Assembly: GCA_016184115.1 (NCBI GenBank)
Contig: JACPDH010000011.1
Span: forward strand, 48,522-112,521
Direction of reading: 5' to 3'
Source: Acidobacteriota bacterium
Lineage (GTDB): Bacteria; Acidobacteriota; Thermoanaerobaculia; Gp7-AA8
Length of the DNA: 64,000 bases
Below the pieces are notes generated by a model. The model was not told the DNA's origin, ran no database searches, and was given only the letters and a program-made list of their open reading frames with translations. Within the stretch, counting starts at the first letter, position 1. Each line of letters opens with the position of its first letter. A program made the position numbers and the translations under genes. Shown here piece after piece: positions 58,342 to 64,000 of the stretch.

Positions 58342-59478
58342 CTAGATGTACTTGTTCGCGCCGGTGTTGAAGAGCACAACCGTCTCGTCGTCGCGCACGA
58401 GACGCGTCTCCACCAAACGCTCGAGCGCGAGGAGCGCCGCACCCGTCTCCGGCCCGGCATCGATGCCCTCCTGCCGGCGAATCCTCGCGGCGGCAGGCTC
58501 AATCGCGTCTTCCGGCACAGCAATCGCTCCGCCACCTGAGGCACGAAGTGCCCGAAGCATCAGGCGGTCTCCGATCGCCTTCGGTACGCGCAGGCCCCAG
58601 GCTGCAGTGACCGGGTTTTCCCATGCCGGCGCGGTGTCGAGTCCTTGCTCCATCGCCCGGACGATCGGAGCGCACCCTTCTGCCTGGACCGACCAGAGGC
58701 GCGGCCGGCGAGAGTCAATCCATCCGAGGCGCTCCATTTCATCGAACGCCTTCCACATGCCTATCAGGCCGGTGCCTCCACCCGTCGGGTAGAGGATGAC
58801 GTCGGGAAGGCGCCCGAGGTCGTCGAGGAGCTCATAGCCCATCAGCTTCTTGCCCTCGACGCGATACGGCTCGCGCAGTGTCGAGAGCTCGAAGCCGCCG
58901 CTCACGGCGAGATGGGCCTGCACGACGCGTGCGCAGTCGGTGATCACTCCGTCGACGAGCTGAACTTCGGCGCCATACACCGAGGCCTCGTCGAAGATCG
59001 AGCGTGGTGTGTCGCGCGGCATTGCGACAAACACTGGCATTCTCGCGCGAGCGCCATATGCCGCGAGGGCGCAACCTGCATTACCGGCAGTCGGCGCGCC
59101 AAGCGAGCGAGCGCCGAGCTTCTTTGCCATCGATACCGCGACTGCCATTCCTCGCGCCTTGAACGATCGTGTCGGGTTCTTCGACTCATCTTTGATTCGA
59201 ACGTCGGCGAGTGCGCGAAGTGACGGAGCGGGGAGGAGCGGTGTGCATCCTTCTCCGAGCCCCAGAAGTTCGGATACGTCGTCGAACGGGAGCAGTTCGA
59301 TGTAACGGCTGGTGTCGCATTGCCGCGCACGAATCGCAGAACGAAGCTCGGTTGCAGGCGAAAGATCGTATTCGACGATGAGGGGAAGGCTGCAGTCGGG
59401 ACAGAGGTTCGCGAGGTGGTCCAGCGGAGAGCTCCACGTACACGAGGAACACCGGAGCCTCCGCTGGAACCGTGGCAT
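58342..59478 (-). CDS. thrC: Threonine synthase family PLP enzyme
   Basis: N-terminal CxxC..CxxC, LGEGCTP, NPTRSFKARG, TAGNAG, EGKK, PTGGG. Confidence 0.85.
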   Translation of the reverse strand: MPRFQRRLRCSSCTWSSPLDHLANLCPDCSLPLIVEYDLSPATELRSAIRARQCDTSRYIELLPFDDVSELLGLGEGCTPLLPAPSLRALADVRIKDESKNPTRSFKARGMAVAVSMAKKLGARSLGAPTAGNAGCALAAYGARARMPVFVAMPRDTPRSIFDEASVYGAEVQLVDGVITDCARVVQAHLAVSGGFELSTLREPYRVEGKKLMGYELLDDLGRLPDVILYPTGGGTGLIGMWKAFDEMERLGWIDSRRPRLWSVQAEGCAPIVRAMEQGLDTAPAWENPVTAAWGLRVPKAIGDRLMLRALRASGGGAIAVPEDAIEPAAARIRRQEGIDAGPETGAALLALERLVETRLVRDDETVVLFNTGANKYI

Positions 59479-59493
59479 CGTCCCACTCGTCCT

Positions 59494-60285
59494 TTACTTC
59501 GATTGCGCCTTGGCCTGAGCGTCGGCCGCTGCTTTCTGGAAATCGCTCATCTGTTTGTTGAGGTCGCCAGCATTTCCGGTGTCGGAGTACTTCGCAAGCT
59601 CGGTCGCGAGCGCGTTGATCGTACCTTCGTACTTCATGATCAGTTGCTTGTTGTACTCGTAGGCCGGATCCTTCTGCTCTTCAGCCTGCTTCGCCATCTC
59701 CGTCCTCGACTTGTCGTACTGTGCGAGGGCGTCGGCGATGGCCTTCTTGGTCGTGGGGTCGGTCGCCGCGTCGTACTGCTTTTTCAATTGGACGTAGCTC
59801 GCGTCCATCATTGCAGTGGAGGCAGTGACGAGCTGTTGGCTGACATCGGCACTGCTCACGCCGAGGATCGTCGTCTTGATCCATAGATACTCGGCGGAGT
59901 TGTAACCGAGCTCCTGCGCCGCACGGATGTCGGCCGTCGCGAGGTCCGCCACTGAGCCGAGGGTTTTGAATGCTTCCATCATTCCGCCGACCGACTTCTC
60001 CCCGGCAGTTTCGGCCTTCTTCGCGTGCGACTGCGCCTCTTCGCGTGCAACCCTGGCGATTTCCTTCTCACGCTCGCGGACCTTGAGGTACATCTGGATC
60101 TGCGCATCGGTGAGCCTTCCGTCAGCCGGGGGCGTGTACTTGTCGTCAGCCGCCGCCTTGAGCACCTCCGTCGTGCCCTTGTCTTTCAGCGTCTCACTGA
60201 TTTCGTCCTGAGACTTTTCTCCCCGGCCGCAAGCGACCGCAGCGAGAAGACACACAGCCAGCAACGATGATCCGAGTTTTTTCAT
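59494..60285 (-). CDS. Helical lipoprotein of unknown function
   Basis: MKK...LLAAVAC lipobox; GAGGAG RBS. Confidence 0.8.
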   Translation of the reverse strand: MKKLGSSLLAVCLLAAVACGRGEKSQDEISETLKDKGTTEVLKAAADDKYTPPADGRLTDAQIQMYLKVREREKEIARVAREEAQSHAKKAETAGEKSVGGMMEAFKTLGSVADLATADIRAAQELGYNSAEYLWIKTTILGVSSADVSQQLVTASTAMMDASYVQLKKQYDAATDPTTKKAIADALAQYDKSRTEMAKQAEEQKDPAYEYNKQLIMKYEGTINALATELAKYSDTGNAGDLNKQMSDFQKAAADAQAKAQSK

Positions 60286-60309
60286 GATTCGTTCTCCTCT
60301 CGATGAACT

Positions 60310-61506
60310 TCAGCCGCGAAGCAGCGTAGTGAGCTCGGTGACCACACGTTGCAGGCTTTCGACGATGCGTCGCTGTTCCTCGCGCATCGCGTCGACTTCC
60401 GCGCGCAACTGTGCGATCTCCTCCGCGCCGCCACCTGCCGGCGAGCCGTAGGTTGGCAGCGCGACGTCGGTGGCTGAGCCTTCCGTGTCCATCACGGCAA
60501 CCGCCGGCTCCAGCTCTTCGACCTCTTCGGGTTCTTCGAATACGGGAATTGGGATATTGCCCGAAAGCGTCGCCGGTCTTTCCCGCCCTTCGAGCAGTTG
60601 CTCGAGACTTACCTCTTCGACATGCTCGTATTCGTCACCTGGCGTGTCGGGGAAGAGTGAGAGACTGTCCTCATTGAGGGATAGCTCCTCAATCGGTTCG
60701 AGCTCCTCGACGGCCTCGACTTCTTCGACCGCTTCTACTTCGATTGGGGCCATTTCCAATGGCTCCATCGGGAGCGACGACGCGAACGGATTCAGATCGA
60801 TTGCATGCTCGTCCATCGCAGCGAGCGGGTCATCCAACAGGATCGGTGCGGGCGCAGATGGTGCGGGTCTCGACTTTGGAGCCTCCCACGACTTTTCGCG
60901 CTTCTTCAACGGCTTTCCGGAGACCTTGTTCAGCAGATATTTCGCCGAGACCTTCGTCGCGAGCTTGAACGTCTCCATCACGCCGTCGCCCTTCAGTGCG
61001 GACGCTTCCATGAAAGGATAGCCTTCAAACCCGAGGTCGGCCTGAAGCCGGTCGACCGCCATGACGCCCGGAATGTCGCGCTTGTTGTACTGGATGATGA
61101 TCGGGATCTCGTTGGAGTCGATCTGGTTCTCCTCGAGATTCTCCATGAGGTTCTGAAAGCTCTCACGGTTGGAGTCGACCATCGACGGTTGGGAGTCGAC
61201 CACGAAGACGACCGCGTCAGCTCCTTTGAGGACGAGCTTTCGCGTCTCGTTGTAGAAGACCTGTCCAGGCACGGTGTAAAGCTGGATCTTCAGATTGAAC
61301 GGACCGACCTTGCCGATGTCGACGGGAAGCAGGTCGAAGAAGAGCGTCCGGTCGGTCTTCGTGGCGAGCGAGAGCATCTTGCCTCGTCGGTCGCTTTCCA
61401 GCTTGTCGAAGATGACGAGCAGATTCGTCGTCTTACCGCAGAGACCGGGACCGTAGTACACGATCTTTGCGGTCATCTCGCGCGTAGCGTGGTTGAAGAG
61501 AACCAT
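60310..61506 (-). CDS. MglA-family small GTPase with an acidic linker and coiled-coil C-terminal extension
   Basis: KIVYYGPGLCGKTTNL, RTLFFD, TVPGQ, NKRD, SAL. Confidence 0.9.
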   Translation of the reverse strand: MVLFNHATREMTAKIVYYGPGLCGKTTNLLVIFDKLESDRRGKMLSLATKTDRTLFFDLLPVDIGKVGPFNLKIQLYTVPGQVFYNETRKLVLKGADAVVFVVDSQPSMVDSNRESFQNLMENLEENQIDSNEIPIIIQYNKRDIPGVMAVDRLQADLGFEGYPFMEASALKGDGVMETFKLATKVSAKYLLNKVSGKPLKKREKSWEAPKSRPAPSAPAPILLDDPLAAMDEHAIDLNPFASSLPMEPLEMAPIEVEAVEEVEAVEELEPIEELSLNEDSLSLFPDTPGDEYEHVEEVSLEQLLEGRERPATLSGNIPIPVFEEPEEVEELEPAVAVMDTEGSATDVALPTYGSPAGGGAEEIAQLRAEVDAMREEQRRIVESLQRVVTELTTLLRG

Positions 61507-61566
61507 TCTTCCCCCTGATCGAAATTCTGAAAAGTGTACCGCAAGTCGCAATCGGGGGCGGGAGCG

Positions 61567-61893
61567 TTACTCGGCTACCGGAGCGAGAACGACGACGGTC
61601 GCGCCCCAGCCGCCGCCGCTCGGGTCTGCGTCGGCGTATTCGACGACCCATGGCAGGCTCGCGAGCAGCGAGCGCACGATCTCCCGCTGTACGCCGATTC
61701 CGCGCCCGTGGATGATCCGGACCTGCCGGAAGCCGTGCGCCCTGGCTTGCTCGAGATATTCGCGCACGACGTCGCCGACATCGCGTGGCTGAAACGGATG
61801 GAGGTCGAACGTATCCCCGATGGGAACCTCGATCAGCTCGTCGTCGTGCTCCCCAAACTCGTCCATCGTGTTGAATGAAACCTCGCTCTCCAT
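61567..61893 (-). CDS. Stand-alone Smr domain protein
   Basis: DLHPF, IIHGRGIG, GGWGATVV. Confidence 0.9.
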   Translation of the reverse strand: MESEVSFNTMDEFGEHDDELIEVPIGDTFDLHPFQPRDVGDVVREYLEQARAHGFRQVRIIHGRGIGVQREIVRSLLASLPWVVEYADADPSGGGWGATVVVLAPVAE

Positions 61894-61936
61894 TGTTTCG
61901 CACTCCACCGCGGGTTGGAAGGAGACCCGATTTCCG

Positions 61937-62968
61937 ATGACGACACTTTACGAAGAGTTGAAGCGAGTGAAGACGTTCGACTACACGGAAGCCGACGTTC
62001 GTGAGTTCACCGAACTGCACGCGGAGATTCGGGAGCTCAAGACGCAGCGCAACGCAGTCATTGTCGCGCATAACTACTACCGCCCGGAGATCTTGCGGAT
62101 TGCCGACTTCGTGGGCGACTCGCTCGAGCTCGCGATGATGGCGAGTGACGTTCGCGACGCTGGCGTGATCGTATTTTGCGGCGTCCATTTCATGGCAGAA
62201 ACCGCGAAGATCGTGAACCCATCGCGCAAAGTCCTGCTCCCGAACCTTCTCGCCGGATGTCAGCTCGCCGATTCTGCACCCGCCGAGGATCTTGCCAGGC
62301 GCATTGCCGAGCTGCGCGAGACGTATCCCGATCTTGCCGTTGTCAGCTACGTCAACACGACGGCGGCGGTCAAAGCGCTTTCCGACGTCGTCTGCACCTC
62401 GTCGAATGCACCGAAAGTCGTGCGCTCACTTCCGAACCAGAACATCCTGTTCAACCCTGACCGAAACCTCGCGCGACACGTGGCTGACCAGGTTCCCGAG
62501 AAGAACATCATCCCGTGGGACGGATTCTGCTACGTGCATCAGCAGATCACGCCCGACGAGATCTCGCGGATCAGGGAAGCCGATCCCTCGCTGAAAGTTC
62601 TCGTGCACCCGGAATGCCGGCACGACGTCGCCGTTCTCGCCGACGCGGTGCTCTCGACCTCGGGGATGGTCCGCTACGCGAAACAGAACGCGGCCGATCG
62701 GTTCCTCGTCGTCACGGAGTGCGGCCTCTCGGACCGCCTCGCCATGGAGGTTCCCGACAAGACGTTCGTGAAGGGGTGCAAGCTCTGCACATTCATGAAA
62801 GTGACGTCGCTCGAAGATGTGCGGGATTCTCTGCGCGACCTGAAGCACGAGATCGTCGTGCCGGAAGACGTGCGCGTGAAGGCCGAGCGGGCGCTCAGGC
62901 GGATGTTCGAGATCGAGAAGTCGAGCGAACAGAAACCAGGGGACGCAGTCGGGCCGCGCTGTGAGTGA
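61937..62968 (+). CDS. nadA: Quinolinate synthase
   Basis: AHNY, GDSL, CGVHFMAE, GC, YVNT, CTSSN, CYVH, HPEC, STSGM. Confidence 0.96.
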   Translation: MTTLYEELKRVKTFDYTEADVREFTELHAEIRELKTQRNAVIVAHNYYRPEILRIADFVGDSLELAMMASDVRDAGVIVFCGVHFMAETAKIVNPSRKVLLPNLLAGCQLADSAPAEDLARRIAELRETYPDLAVVSYVNTTAAVKALSDVVCTSSNAPKVVRSLPNQNILFNPDRNLARHVADQVPEKNIIPWDGFCYVHQQITPDEISRIREADPSLKVLVHPECRHDVAVLADAVLSTSGMVRYAKQNAADRFLVVTECGLSDRLAMEVPDKTFVKGCKLCTFMKVTSLEDVRDSLRDLKHEIVVPEDVRVKAERALRRMFEIEKSSEQKPGDAVGPRCE

Positions 62969-63101
62969 GCGCGTGCGTTAGGCGGAAGGTGCGAGGCGAG
63001 AGGAGCAAGAGGAAAGGAAGACAGCGCTCGTTGTCTTATGCTCTCATGAGCGGGCGCTCGTGTCTTACTCCCTGTTCCTCACTCGGCCTGCCGCTCGTTC
63101 C

Positions 63102-64000
63102 TCACCGCTTCGCGGCGGGGCAGAGGAGCTCGAACACGCCGACGACATCGTCACGAACGTCGTCCAGGTCAGCTTTCATCGCAGAGACGACGGCCTGAAA
63201 CTCGGGGTCAGTCTGGAGCGACTGCATCCAGGGGTGGCGCACGAGGAAGTACCAGCCATGGTTGCCGAGCGACTGTGCGACCTTGAGCCACTTGATCGCC
63301 TTCTCGCGATCGCCCAGGCGCGCGTAGGCAAGCGCGACACGAATCGAGGCGTAGTGGTTCGTTTCGGCATCGGCGCGAAGCGACTCGCACCAGCGATCGA
63401 CCGCGGCGCGGTCGTCCTTGTCGGCAGCAATCAGCATTTGCATGCTCTTGCCGTGAAAAAGGTCGGGCGCGATCTCGAGAGTCTTGTTCGCCTCGACGAG
63501 CGCGTTTGCACGATCACCACGCAGCAGGTAGGCGATGGCGAGCATGTCGTGTCCCGCGATCTGCGTCTCCTTGTGCGCAAGCGCCTCGGGAGCGAGTCGC
63601 ATGACCTCGTCGGGGTCGATGACGTTGACGAAGAAATAGCCTCGTGAGCGCACGTCGCTCGACGTCGGGTTCGTCGCGACGAATCGGTCGATCATGCAGA
63701 CGGCGCGCTGCATGTCGCCGGTCGAGGTGAGGTACGCGATCATCGCGTGAAGCGCAAGCGCTTCGTTCGGATTGAGGCGCAGCGCTGCGAGCGTCTCGCG
63801 AATGCCTTCACGGAAGCGGTCAGGAAAGCGGATCAGCGTGCGGCCGAGGGCCAGGTGAGCGTCGGCGAGGTTCGGGTCGAGACGCACTGCCTGGCGGGCG
63901 TACCACTCGGCGCGATTGAATTGCTCGGGATCGGCGGAGAAACCGCGCACCTGGCCTAACGACAGCGCGATCGCAAGGTCGGCGTACGCGGCCGCGAACG
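63102..64000 (-). CDS. TPR-repeat protein, C-terminal part (begins beyond right edge)
   Basis: AVRLDPNLADAHLALG and ALRLNPN repeats; HPWMQSLQTDPEF tail typical of kinase/TolB-TPR proteins. Confidence 0.8.
   Translation of the reverse strand, partial: FAAAYADLAIALSLGQVRGFSADPEQFNRAEWYARQAVRLDPNLADAHLALGRTLIRFPDRFREGIRETLAALRLNPNEALALHAMIAYLTSTGDMQRAVCMIDRFVATNPTSSDVRSRGYFFVNVIDPDEVMRLAPEALAHKETQIAGHDMLAIAYLLRGDRANALVEANKTLEIAPDLFHGKSMQMLIAADKDDRAAVDRWCESLRADAETNHYASIRVALAYARLGDREKAIKWLKVAQSLGNHGWYFLVRHPWMQSLQTDPEFQAVVSAMKADLDDVRDDVVGVFELLCPAAKR

Overview
GC-rich bacterial chromosomal segment, densely coding and mostly housekeeping. It is probably Acidobacteriota (Thermoanaerobaculia-like); this is inferred from the short PheT and the duplicated C-terminal domain of the LRR protein. 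Recognisable genes include a UvrD/PcrA helicase, manC, der, yebC, ruvC, meaB, pheT, pgsA, rsmI, tatA/tatC, folK, radA, ftsH-hpt-tilS, hemB, lipA/lipB, a 2-oxoacid dehydrogenase E1a/E1b/E2 set and nadA, plus tRNA-Leu(CAG) and a CAT-anticodon tRNA. The best candidate for an undescribed system is a four-gene minus-strand operon at 5378-9669 that looks like a highly divergent chaperone-usher-like fibre assembly system: a Cys-free major subunit with a donor-strand-like N-terminus, a 13-bp hairpin, a minor subunit, a two-Ig-domain chaperone and an atypical usher-like protein. Other points of interest: a 6x69-bp array of GTAG-hairpin (REP-like) units with an inverted compensatory variant; an HPRT with degenerate catalytic motifs; a LipB-Nudix fusion; a ferredoxin/ferritin-like/IscA-like module after lipA; an isoprenoid kinase-DUF92 fusion beside a GT2-methyltransferase and ManC; a LeuD-LeuC-type fusion; an orphan MglA-like GTPase; a PIN remnant; and a decayed pseudogene. 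No CRISPR array, rRNA, transposase or integrase was seen. All calls come from motifs recognised by eye, with no database search.
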